A DNA stretch of 62,901 nt, the filler included, from Choristocarpus tenellus KU-1152 (Eukaryota > Protista > Phaeophyceae): NCBI GenBank assembly GCA_964200185.2. It is 7 parts of 7 records of this genome, joined end to end, with 100 filler letters (N's around TTAATTAATTAA, not from the genome) between each part and the next. Parts side by side here need not be neighbours in the genome. Positions count along the whole stretch, not along the records: positions 1 to 11,430 come from CAXNAD020002325.1; 6 more parts are not named here. One strand, given 5' to 3'. Position 1 is the stretch's first letter. Each line of letters starts with the position of its first letter. The notes below the pieces were generated by a model. It was not told where the DNA came from. It did not search any database and was given only the letters and a program-made list of their open reading frames with translations. Positions 1 to 11,530 of the stretch are shown here, piece after piece. The position numbers were made by a program, and so were the translations under genes.

Positions 1-118
1 CCAGATACTTCGACCCATTTGGTTCCATACATTGGATGGATAATGAAAGCGCACTTTTCCTGGTTTTGGTCCAAATGAACACTCTGATGTAGACCCCCCC
101 CCCAGATACCTTGGGTCT
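1..118. mobile_element. Right ends of two nested G-tract MITEs (TCAAAGTATCT family)
   Basis: ccagatacttcgaccc (1-16) and (c)n-agataccttgggtc (~93-117) are both right-hand termini. The intervening 17-92 aligns with the body of the copy at 27083-27303 (atttggttc/gcatac.ttggatgga...ccaaatgaacac.ctg.tgtagacccccc). Confidence 0.7.
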
Positions 119-629
119 CATGTGAAGCCACTCAGGTTTTCGTGTGTTTTAGTTGTAGTTGCCTCTATTCCAGTCCTTGTGTTGCTGTATTGCATCATTT
201 TGTACTTCCAAGAAGAGCCAAGTATCCCAAGGTAGGATGACTTTTGTTGGTAGAACTTTGTGGGTATGGTGTATGATTTCCACTAACAAGGCTTGGTATC
301 TCTAGTTTTTGTCAAGTTGAGTGTGTGGTGTGAGCAAAGCATTCTTTGCTAATGACTTGACGGAGTAATCTTCTGATTTATTATCTGCATACTGTTGTTT
401 GATTTATTGTTGGACTTGCACTTTAAAATTCCTGTAATGAAACAGTAGTGATTGGTGAAAAACGAGGGGAAAGCAAGTAAGAAAGAATCAGGGCTTCATA
501 CCGGACCAGAAGGTAGCAGAACGACTGGCCAGACCGAGGGCTGGGACTGATCCTGTTAAGACATATTTCACCTGGACCGACTTGCTGCTGGTCTAGTTAC
601 AATCTTGATGACTCCAGTCCGACCCTGTT

Positions 630-889
630 GAGGGAAAGTATCTTAGAGGGTATGATTTTTTCCTTCTTTGTCTGTTTGGGGCTTGGTTTCCCACGGGGTT
701 TTTTATTACATTTTACCTTCTCCGAAATGTTTTGGAGTAGGTAAAATGTATAGGTTATGAAAAGGTGTATCTAAAACAAGGGTATTGACACTTCCTAACA
801 AACACGATAGCCAAAATTGCATCAAAATCTCAACATTGGATTGTGGCACCCAAATGGACGCGACTCTATCCTCTAAGATACTTTGACTC
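630..889. mobile_element. 260-bp MITE, possibly Sola2-like (GAG termini, 4-bp TSD TGTT)
   Basis: TIRs gagggaaagtatcttagagggta / tatcctctaagatactttgactc, flanked by TGTT at 626-629 and 890-893. A second copy lies at 38185-38424. Confidence 0.85.
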
Positions 890-1249
890 TGTTAAGACAC
901 ATGTAAGTAGAATGTAGCATTTCATGATGGCCTATTTACCCCCCAGTCTAGTTGCACTCTCCAATGACCCTCGACCAGTCCAGGTAATCCAAGTATGGTG
1001 AAAATTGTGAATTTTCGATGTGAAAAGTCCTACTCCAAACAGTGGAATGTAGAAGACAAGTTGAAGAATAATCTTTGCAACAAAAGTATGTTTTTCTGAT
1101 ATGTACAGATGAGGGACGATTGAGTGGACGCGGCTCGGTCCAACTGCAACCTTGTTAGGCCTGATGTCGCCTTGTTCCCTACATTTTATTCATATTTTAC
1201 TATTTGTATCACATTAGTAGGGGATTATCTTGACCCATAATTAGAGGCA

Positions 1250-1600
1250 CTAATCACTTCACTACTTCTCACACTAACTACTGACTAACCGACCAAGTGT
1301 GCTTCCTCTGTTCCTGCCTTGCTTCTCGCGCGTATTCAGTTTAGCATTTTCACAGCTTGTCTTTCCATCTCTTACCTTGAATATCTGTGCTAGACCCGCC
1401 TCAAAGTCTTCAACTTGATTTTGGTCAGATATTCTTGTTGTATAGCCACAAACAGGACAGTACGGGTGTAGAATCCATTGTGCTTGCAATGTGGAATAGG
1501 ATAGTGGAAAATAGATTTGGGTGAGAAGAAGTCTGGCATCAAAGGGGTTGAAATCCGCTGTGTCATGCGGGTTGGTAGCTGTTTAGTGAGCCACAAGAAT
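1250..1600 (-). repeat. Dispersed repeat A (decayed, unclassified; second copy ~38725-39060)
   Basis: Shared blocks cttctca.acta...tgactaac, ttcctgccttgcttctcg and tggaatag...gaagtctgg. Minus-strand translations STPLMPDFFSPKSIFHYPIPHCKHNGFYT and YSPSTPDFLLSRTSGFLDTIPCVNHNELYT are similar. Confidence 0.6.
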
Positions 1601-2059
1601 GTCCTGTTTTAAGAATACAGTTAACCAGGGCGGGTTCTCGGCCATAGCCTTGGACTGGTGGTCCTGTTGAAAATATTTTAGAAGTACTTACTATTTATAT
1701 AATATGTAGTATAGCATTTCACCCGGACTGACTTGTGGCCCAGTGTAAGGTGGTTGAAGAACCACATCTATCTGGAAACCATACTCCCTTTTGTGCCTAC
1801 TACTTATATTCGTTGTGTTTCTGGAGTCACCTCGGACAAAGTGGCGATGAGATTACTACATCAGCTTGAGCTCTACACAACGAGAAACTTCATCAGAACC
1901 CGATCTTTTGTAACCCCAATACCCACCTTCATTTTCAATCTACCTCACTCACCCCTCTCCATGCGACAAATCATCCACAAGAAGGGAGGGTTATTGACAC
2001 CTATATTGATATGGTCTCGAGTTAGATGTTTGTGGACTACTCGAGATGCTTGAGCAATA

Positions 2060-2184
2060 AACAGCAGATTTCAAAAATTGAGGATGGAGCTTTTCATTGA
2101 GGATGGGCTTGACCCAAAATGACTAGGAGAAAGTGTCGATATGTTTTTTTTTTTTAACATTTTCAATTTTTGAAATCTGCTGTT
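2060..2184. mobile_element. 125-bp MITE with perfect 22-bp TIRs
   Basis: aacagcagatttcaaaaattga (2060-2081) is the exact reverse complement of 2163-2184. AATA flanks both sides (2056-2059, 2185-2188). Confidence 0.8.
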
Positions 2185-5089
2185 AATAACATTGAAGCAG
2201 AGTAGTTTTTGTTGATCTTGTCTGATTTCTGATGGCCAAAGAAATGCAGAAAGTCAAATCGATGTGTCCAGCGCGTTTGTAGTCAGTTGCATTTTTCGTT
2301 TGGGTTAAATAAAATGATTCATTTCAACATCTTTGAAAGACAATATTGTGTGTTATAGAGGGGAGGGGACCTACCAGGGGAAAAGAAATAAGGTAAAATA
2401 GAAAGGGAAAAAGCAAAACTGAAAGAATACAACAGGGAAACACAAAAGGATAAAAAATATCTCAAAAAAGGAAAATGAACAGAGAAAAAAATTACGGTAC
2501 AAAAAGGAAGAAACAAGTATGAAAGAGAACTGAAGGAAAAAAATACAAAACAGGGAAAAAGCAAAAGGGAAGAATAGGAAAAGGACAGAAAGGGAAAAGA
2601 TGAAGAGGGGAAACAAACAACTGTATCAACATTACAAAAAAATCAAGAACGTTGAAAAAACAAAAAGTGTGAAAGGAATGAACAACAGTTGCAGCCGTTT
2701 GTTTGTTGCATAACCTTCGTTGACCTGGACAGCACTCGCAGTCAGTTTCTCTATAACCCTCTGTTGTTCAGCAAATGCTTGAGTCCATCCGGTCTGTATT
2801 CTTTGTTGTCCAGGAAAGTGCTCGTCATCATTTGCTCTTCCATATCACCTGTTGCGTGGACAGTGCTTGTCATGTGTAGAATATAAAAACGCTATGGTGC
2901 TTTATGCGAGTGTAAATTATACCAAGTTATGAAATAATAAGATTTATTCCAGAATTCTTTGTTTAGTCGGTGTGATTCTTACTAAATATATTCCTGTTTT
3001 CGACACGTAGACATGGTTGTTGAGAGGCGAACCAGTGCATGCTTAGAAAGTCATCCAAGTAGAAAGATGTGAAAGAATATTGTTTAAGTATAGTACTAGA
3101 GATCAATATACACAAGAGGATAAACGCAGGGAATATCTTGACATCATGCTTCCAAGTCCTTTCCAGCTGCTTGAGGGGGGAAGGTGGGGTATACTATGGA
3201 CAAGATATAGATATTGCTTCACACGCAGAAGATCACTGTCACACATCGTTTCGACTACATGCCGGACACTGGGAATGCTCTCCACCCAATTCCACCAATC
3301 AAGTTTGTCTTGATCATAAGGTGATACCATCTACCCAAGCATCCACATACGAGCAAGGCTACTGTGTCGTGGTTCGTGGCAATACAGCGCACTCTGTGGC
3401 ACTATGCTGGTGCCTCCTTATGAGACCAGCGGGGGGGGAGGGGCACGGTGTCCAGATATTCCCTGCATGGAGCCCCTTTATATATGTATCAATCCTACTA
3501 CTACGTACAGCACAGGAACTGAATCCACTTGCATATTCCCCACCCCCCCGCCAGGCACCTCCTCTGTTATATGAGTGCACACATGTGTCTTGCACATCGG
3601 GACAATAAAAAAATATATATTGCCTGCTTCGGTAATTAGTCATATCTCACATACTCATTACAGAGCAGGTGATGATTAGGAAGCTGCCAATCCAAATCAC
3701 TTACTTAAAGGCAGCATTAGGAAATTTGGTTAGAAGATGTAGGTTGTGGAGGATGTGGTGAGATCATGTCACTATGGTACGAAATTCTCATACTTTCAAC
3801 CACACCCTTACAAGTAGCAACCAAGATGAGTCTGTGTCAGTATCTCCAAGAACAGGGCCCTGGGTAAAGTGTCTAGAGAACACAATCAACATTATGCTGA
3901 ATTCAGTGGTGGAGTTTGACTTCATGACTTAGACATACCCTCTACTCACCTCTTTTTCTGGACAGATGTACATGTCACGTTTGAGTGGGACACTGTGATT
4001 GACCCAAGCTCAGCTTGTTTGGTACCCAAAAACTTGAGTGAGTGGGAAAACTCCAGGTGAATCAGACTCCAAAGAGTGAGACGAGGTGTTCATGCCGTCA
4101 CGTCTTGGTTCTCTACTACTCTTCAGCTTTGAATGTAAGACATGCTTGGTGTAGTAAAGGTATCATGCATGACTGGTTGCGTTGATATGCTTGGGTGGAA
4201 TGAGACCTCAAGACCTCATGTCAGTGTTGCTCACAGTATATGAAGAGTATATTGTTGTCTTGACGGTGCAAGTGTAACTGATATCAAACACGAGCTCAAC
4301 TGATAGCTAATTCACCAATTGTCTCAAGTTTTATAGAAAAAGTGAACCCTTCAGGACTCTGGTATTAAAGAGTTGCCTGTGTGTGCAAGCAATATTGTAG
4401 TAACTATTAGTTGTGTCATTATGTTGTCAATTAAGTCGCCTAGTGCTCACGCCTGCATGCCTTAATCGTCATCATATGGATGTGAGTTATATGTTAAAAA
4501 AAATTGCAACATATACAGTGCTCAGAATTTCAAACGATTAGTACTCATTAGATGAACGTTTATTGCTTGCTCCTATTATTCTCAGTACTGGTAATTCCCA
4601 GCATCCTGTTTCACTCTTTTACATTTAAACTTGGATGTTGATGTAGCTGTATGCAATTGAGTTATGTAAAAAAATATATATATTTGAATGATAGGGGAGG
4701 GAACATATACAAATTGAAACATTGGCCTACTTCAAATTTTGTAACACTTGAACACATTGGACAAACAATGATTTTTTGACTTATTTGTGTTTTACAAGTC
4801 AGTAGTAAAATATATGAAAGATTATTGGTATGTGAAGGATGAAGGAGTGGTGAATATGTGAAAATCCTTTCTACTCAAAAATGTTTTACCACAAATCATG
4901 TGTTGAGTATAACTCAATGTTTAGAAATGATACACAAGTCCGATTTGTAGATGTAAATTTGTTGGTTAGTATGTACACATGATTATTAGATGCCACTCGC
5001 CATTTTATCAATATGTGTAAATTATTTGTCTCTATATATCAAGAGAAGATAATCGTGTATCAGCAATATGTCCCCACCTCATCTTGATA

Positions 5090-5305
5090 TACAATCTTAC
5101 ATTGTTATATAATAGGAAAGGACGCTTGGGTACAAATCATACTTTGTGATTTAGTAGAAAAGAGCACTTGCATACAATCTTACCTTGTGATTTAGTAGGA
5201 AGGAAAAATTGTGTACAAATCTCAACTTGTCATTTATTAGGAAACATTAATTGTATACAAATGTGATTGAACTTTGATAGAAGAAAAAAATAGTGTACAA
5301 ATCTT
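5090..5305. repeat. Degenerate ~41-42-bp minisatellite, ~5 units
   Basis: Recurring unit tacaa(a)tc.tac.ttgtgatttagtaggaa....ttg. Confidence 0.7.
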
Positions 5306-5362
5306 TAGGTAATACTATTGCAGTTATGTACAGTCAGTACTTCGTTCTGTTATCATTCTATA

Positions 5363-5724
5363 TGTTATGGGCCCTGGTTCTATGTGATGGGAGGTGATGA
5401 GAACCATCAGAGATGAGGTTCAGAAGGGAAGTGAGAGATGAGACTGAGGCATGCTGGACATATGTTGACAGGCTTGGGGTGGCATGTGGATTAATCTCGA
5501 CTGTGATTGGTTGCGACTAGTTAGAATAGAAAATACAATCTCGGACTTTCTTGTTTGAATCCATCGTTCATGTTGGGGTTATCGCGAACTGGTCGTGTGT
5601 CTGACCCATACCACATCAATTGGGCTGGCCTCAATGGCAAAAGATGGCGCGCGCAAATATGTATGACTAAATGCATTTTCCTCGCCAGTGTTAGGACATC
5701 CCTAAAGGAGATCTGTCCCTGACA
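5363..5724 (-). repeat. Putative 3' LTR of the Gypsy element
   Basis: On the minus strand a polypurine tract gggaggtgggtaa (5737-5725) directly precedes TGTCAGGG, and the region ends in CCCATAACA (5363). No second LTR is available to confirm. Confidence 0.55.
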
Positions 5725-8700
5725 TTACCCACCTCCCAGTGTGGATTCCATCCGATACGAGCACAAAACTGACTAGCCAGCACGTCATGTCGGACAGATC
5801 CTTCTTTGGGAGAAAAAAAAATCCTCATTGAATCAACTTAGGGAGAAAGGGCCAACATGTGTTTGAGTCTATGGATAAGAGCTATCTTTCCACCTCACAA
5901 GCCCCGAGTCGTCAAATTAATTACTTCAAAATACCATCCGGACTAAGCAATAGTATAGTGTTCGAGAATTTGTCGGAGTCATTCCACCATCTTAGTATTG
6001 AAAAGGAAATTTCTTCTCTATCTGTGGAATCTGGTGGCAACTGACCAGGCCAGCAACCCACTAGTACGGAGGAATTCATTGCACTTTCCGGTCCACAAGG
6101 AAGGGTATTACAACAAGTATCAGAGGAGGCTGTGTTTGCTTATAGGTGGACATCCGGTTGGCAGCAGTTCAAGTTCTCCAGCTGTTTTAAGGGGAGGAGT
6201 CTTTCTTTTATGGCACGTCGCTTGGTCAATGACTCTTACAATGGGGGGGTCTAACTTGTTCTCTTCCCTATAGCCTGCGATCATCCCTGTACATTCAGAT
6301 ATTTCAGCAGGATTGTGCCATATATCACTGGCTGGTGAATATCCTTGAGGCAAAGTCGATCAAAATAATTGCAAGTGGTCTTTCTTCCCACACCTTGCTT
6401 ATGGTCAACAATGCCCTCTACATTGTAAGACCCAATAATTCACTGTATCTTTGACCCCGGATCAAGATCTGGTTGAGGTAGTACCCGACCTAAAAAGACT
6501 GAATTAAGGGCATCTATGTCAGGTTCAGTGGCTGCTCTGTCCTTAAAGGGTCTAATTCTGTCCACATGAACTGTCGCTTCACGTCGGTCTTTCAAGCGTC
6601 TTACGCAATACAACGGGTGTCAATTGTGCCTTCACTTCATAAGGTCCTCTCCGTGGGGATAATAACTTGAGGTTTGGTGCACCAGCTGAAGTATGTAGTA
6701 CGTAAACTCACACTTTATCCCCTAGCTCGTATAGTGGGAGTTTATAGTTCACATTCTTAGATTCATTATTAAGAGCCATCTGACCAATATTTTCCGAGCA
6801 AGTTCATATGCTGGCCATGCAATTTGTACGGATGTGTGCATTTCCACTGTTCTCATACTGTAACAGTTTGTACGCTAATGGGGTGGCCTCAGGGATCCTC
6901 AAAATAAGATCAATAGGTAAAATTGGTAGCCTCTCAATCAGGAGAAAAATGAATTTTCCTAAACATTGATATTTTTGGCTGTATTGTGTGTTAGCTGTAC
7001 AGAGGGCAATAATGAGGCCCAGTCAGATTTGTTCAGATTGTTCAAATATATGGCCAGTATATCATGCACCGTTCTTTCACACATGCTACTACCTTGGGGT
7101 CGATACTCTGTGGTCTTGGTTTTATGATACCCATACACTTTATGCAACTCAGCCAGGAGTTGTCAAATTCTTTGCCTTGGTCAAAGTGGAGTGTTTCAGG
7201 AGGACCAAAAAACGGGAAAAAAGACGATCGACAAGATATTTAGTCGAGATTTTTTCTTGCTTATTTGCAATGCCAACCAATTTTGTGAATATTGTGAGTA
7301 TTGTAATATGATCTACGGTGGGTATCACACATTTTGTGTCGTCTGATGTGGTCTTATATTTAACTAGGTCAATAGAAAGCCGTTGAAACGGGTGTGTAGC
7401 AGGCGTATGTCCTGTAGGTGGTGTAGTAGGAGTATGGGTGATCTTTCGCTCTGACATGACTGGCAAGTTTCATACCACGTCCTGACATGTCTATGTAAAG
7501 TTGGTCACCAAAAATCTGTTTCTCACACGGTCAACACGCGATTGAAGGCCAGATGGTCTGCAACTTTATGGTCATGTAGGGCATGTAAGATTAAACCCCG
7601 GACTGCCCTTGGGGCTACTAACTTATAACAAAATTCTTCATTTTTACGAAGATGATTGAGTTGGTAAGATTGGTAGAGTGGGCGTTTACTCTCTCTTACG
7701 TGAAAAAATATGACATGGTGTAGGTCGCTTCCTTAATGGGTAATGTGAGTTACTGGGGTCTGCTAGTATTTCAAATATGCTTCAAAATGATCATGTTGGG
7801 TTGGCTAGAACTTTAGTATCAATTACTCGGAAAACATTGATGGAGCTAACAAAGAGCTCAGAGTCATTTGCCACCCTAGTGATATCACCTAATCGATCCA
7901 CAGACGGTTCATAGATTGGGTATACCTTACTTGTTTGAGAAGTTGCACTAGTGGTTTCTGCTCACACATTTCGACATATAGGGATCAGAGGTGCTGGTTC
8001 AGATTCATGTTTACAGAATTCTCTCGGTTGAGGACGTGACAACATACCTGGGATATAATGTAATCTGCCAGGCTTACGAAGGATAGAAAATCAAAACTTT
8101 GCGGATCTAGGGTTCACCAAGTTAACATATTGGACGTGTCTTGGATGGTATGCAGCCACTGCAAGGCTAAATAGTCACTAGTGACTGTGAAGTATTTACC
8201 CCAAATGTATGGTTTCCAGGACTGAATTGTCAGAATAACTGCAAGGCACTCTTTTTGTGTGGCAGACTATTCCATCTTGGAGGGGTAAAGTATGGTACTA
8301 TGGTGCGTAATTATATCAAAATTGCCGATTGTTATTTTTTTTTATCCAAAAACGCCCTTCTCCCAACATTACTGGCACCTACATATATAAAAAATTCCTT
8401 TGAAAAACCAGGAAAGAGTAGAACTGATGCCACGGTTAAAAGTTGTTTACACTTGTGAAAAGCAGTTTGTCATGGTCGATTCCATCTAGATAAAAATCTC
8501 TTTAATTACTTCTTATTTTCTTTGGGGTGGTATGCTCTTTTTTTCTACTTACATTTTGCGTGTGACAACTCAATTCATCTAACAGTTCTGTTGCTGTTGC
8601 TAGGTGAGGAATATACTTCCTGACAAAGTTCGTAGAATTTAAGAAAGGTTGTAAGCCTTTCACGGTCTGAGGGGGATGCATTCCTGAACTTTTAGGTTCA

Positions 8701-10074
8701 ATACGAGCTTGTGATAGCTATTCGTTGTGGGGTAACTCTTGTCCCAAATAATGGATATGCTTTGAGTCAAATTGAGCCTTGGATGGCTTTGACATAACTC
8801 CCACAAATTATAAGATTGACAGTACCATAGTAACTATGGTGTGCCCAAGATGGAGAGGCCAAAACTATCTTGTCTAAATATACCAAAAGCCCAGAGCTAG
8901 GACCAATTGTAGAAAACGTTTCAGACATGAAGCGTTCAAAGATCCATGGTGCGTTTTGTACTCGAAACGGTAACCTCTGAAAGTCATATTTCCCATCTGG
9001 TGAGATGAATATGCAGTTTTTGGTAGTTTGCATTCCTCAGTTAGAGGTAGTTGCCAGCAGGCTGATTGGATACCTAGACAAGATAAATATTTTGAAAACC
9101 CCCAAGGTGGATAAACACTCTTCCATGGATGGTGAAGGCCGTGAGTTACGTAACCAAATGTTTTTATTAATGGTTCCTCTGAAATCCACACAGATGCAGG
9201 GGGATTCATCAGGTTTTGCCATAACGGTAACAGGGGGTGCCCATGGGCTAGATGAAGGTTTCAATGCCCTGTTCTTTTCCATATCAGTTACACATTGATG
9301 AATGTTGTCACGTATTTTTGGTGCTGCGTGTTACAATGGTCTACTAACCGCTTTAGTGCCTGGTTGTAGTTGAAAGTGAACAGAAGTAGTGGTGCAACAA
9401 CTTAATTCATTTTCTGATAAGAAAAAGACTGATCTGAATCCAGCCACAATACCTAGCAATTCCCCTTGTTCAGAACACGTCAGTTGTGTGTTTGCAAATG
9501 CCTTCTTAGAAAAAACCTTCAAATCTTCCCTAGTTTTTCAGTTCTTTGGGATTAAATGGTTTAGCTGCGACTGGAATTGTGGCAACATCTGAACGAGAAT
9601 GCGTGGTTGGCATAGAGGGGAGATATGACCAACTACAAAAATTGCTGGTAGCTTGACCCCTTCTTGCAATAAATTGGGAATTTTGACTAAACATCCTCCA
9701 TCTTCTCCCCAAACAGTGAGGATTCGACTGACCACAATCTGTTGCCAGTGGGAACGTATGTCTTCCTCTTGCTGAAGGCCTGTCCCAGTATGATTGTTAG
9801 GTTCCACCACTGCATCAGCAGCCGTTCCTCTGAGTGCCTGGGAACACACTGGGACAAGAGGTTCCGTGCCAGGGGGAAGGTGTATCCTTTTTTACCACAT
9901 GCACTGGTGTAGATAATTCAGATATGATAACTGAAATTGTAATATGAGGTAATGGATTACCAGCCTGACAAAAACGTCTTGGGGGGGAACAGATGGGAAG
10001 TAGTATAATCTTGTGAGTTAGGTTTATTCAATTTTCACTGTAACTTGGTTACATATCAATGCCTGTCCAGGCAG

Positions 10075-10402
10075 TTCTCATGCCTAACTTGGGAGTATAT
10101 CTCATTAATTGGATACCAGCAACATGTCAGCTTTTGGGGCAGTTCTAGATGGGATAAGGAGGAATTGTCAAGACAGTGATACATGCATTCCAGCGAACAG
10201 GTAGAGGTCTACCACTTGTTCTTTTAAAATTAGATCGCAGTTGTCATGCCTAACTTGGGAGTAGATCATTTTATTGGATACCAGCATCATGTCAGCTTTT
10301 GGGGCAGTACTAGATGAGATAAGGAGGAATTGTCAAGACAGTGATATATACATTCCAGCGAACAGATAGAGGTCTACCACCCGTCCTTTCATATTCAGAT
10401 TG
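10075..10402. repeat. ~166-bp tandem duplication inside the Gypsy protease region
   Basis: tcatgcctaacttgggagta...gtcaagacagtgata...gaggtctaccac occurs twice (~10075-10240 and ~10241-10402). Confidence 0.85.
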
Positions 10403-10699
10403 CCTGCTAGAATCTCCTGAATGGGTACCTTGCAAAGAGTGGGGTGGGCCTGAATGTATCTGGGTGAAATTGCTGTAATGTCAGTGGCAGCATCAACAGT
10501 AGTGTTCAATAGAGGTTCATTATCTACATACCCAGGAATTTGTACGTGGCAAGATGAAACATTCACACGCGAGGGAAGTTAGAATAATGTTGGATGGCTG
10601 ATGTGTGCCACCAGTATGAAAAGTGGAATAGCATATTTGAGGTTGAAATTAATCTTCAGTCATGCCCAAAATAGGTTGTGAGGAGCAAGAGATAGCAGA

Positions 10700-11370
10700 C
10701 GAAACAACCACTTTGCAGCATGTGAAGGAACATGATCTTGGCAGGAAAGAAATGCGACCGCGGGAGGGGATCGGAGAAGTAGAAAGCAGGAAGGCAAGCA
10801 TATATTGCGAGGTGGCAATGCAATGGAGAAGGAACTCAGGCAGGATGAAGGAATGGACAGAATAATTTTGGTTTTGTGTGGGATACAAAAGGTGGATTGA
10901 AGTGTATCGTGAAGGAGGGTCTGGGATGGGGTAAGAGGAGATGAGGATTTGATGCAGCATGTGAAGTAGCAAGAGTTTGGCGGGGGAGGTATGGGATAGT
11001 GGGCGGGAATGGAGAGGTAGGAGCAGGAAGGGGAAGCATAATTTGTACAAGGTGAGATTCGAATTATTTAAAATTCTGAAGCTTGAGTAAAGGGATGGAG
11101 GAGTTGTGATTGAGTGAGGAATAGGAAATTTGGATTGAAGTATGCTGTAAATTAGGGTTTGGGATGGTGTTAGAGGCGATAAGGATTGGATGCAGCATGT
11201 GAAGGAGCATGATTTCGACAGGAGAGAGTTGGGATAGTATAGTGGGACTGGAGAGGTATAGACACGAAGGCAAAGCATATTGTATGAGGTGGCAATGCAA
11301 AGGAGAAGGAACTTGGGCAGCATGAGCGAACAGGGAGAGGAATTGTGGTGTTTGTGTGTGGGATGGATAT
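10700..11370 (+). repeat. Three degenerate ~240-bp tandem units
   Basis: tgcagcatgtgaag recurs at ~10714, ~10953 and ~11191 with similar downstream sequence (gaggtggcaatgcaa.ggagaaggaact in units 1 and 3). Confidence 0.75.
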
Positions 11371-11430
11371 GTTCTCAAAGTATCTGGGAGGGGGTGGCGG
11401 CTGTCCATTTGGGGTCAATTTTTTCATGTC

Positions 11431-11530
11431 NNNNNNNNNNNNNNNNNNNNNNNNNNNNNNNNNNNNNNNNNNNNTTAATTAATTAANNNNNNNNNNNNNN
11501 NNNNNNNNNNNNNNNNNNNNNNNNNNNNNN
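11431..11530. other. Artificial contig-joining spacer (also 23423-23522, 27304-27403, 30976-31075, 40881-40980, 46057-46156)
   Basis: Identical 100-nt blocks of N around TTAATTAATTAA, which gives stop codons in all six frames. Confidence 0.97.

Larger units (their letters stand above)
5363..10566 (-). mobile_element. Degenerate Ty3/Gypsy LTR retrotransposon (chromovirus-like), 5' truncated
   Basis: Minus-strand order PR (VDAATDITAIS, ~10500), RT (SSSPWAPPVTVMAKPD..CVDFR; YDFQRLPFRVQNAPWIFERFM..VYLD), RNase H (~8100-8450), integrase (PFQRLSIDLV; YRPQGSSMCER; DWASLLPSVQLTHN), then a chromodomain-like GYSPASDIW tail (~6330). Many stops and frameshifts. Confidence 0.9.

Noticed and set aside
2319-2616. 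Phe/Leu-rich membrane-protein ORFs
   Set aside because: Translation of an A-rich low-complexity tract.
5090-5305. CRISPR-like array
   Set aside because: Whole units are degenerate copies with no unique spacers, there are no cas genes, and the context is eukaryotic.
10700-11370. Conserved TGA in three repeats as selenocysteine or recoding
   Set aside because: The same bases read QHVK in another frame, and the units have many other stops.
11431-11530. Recurrent TTAATTAATTAA within N runs as a biological repeat, and ORFs ending in XXXLIN
   Set aside because: Artificial six-frame-stop linker between contigs.
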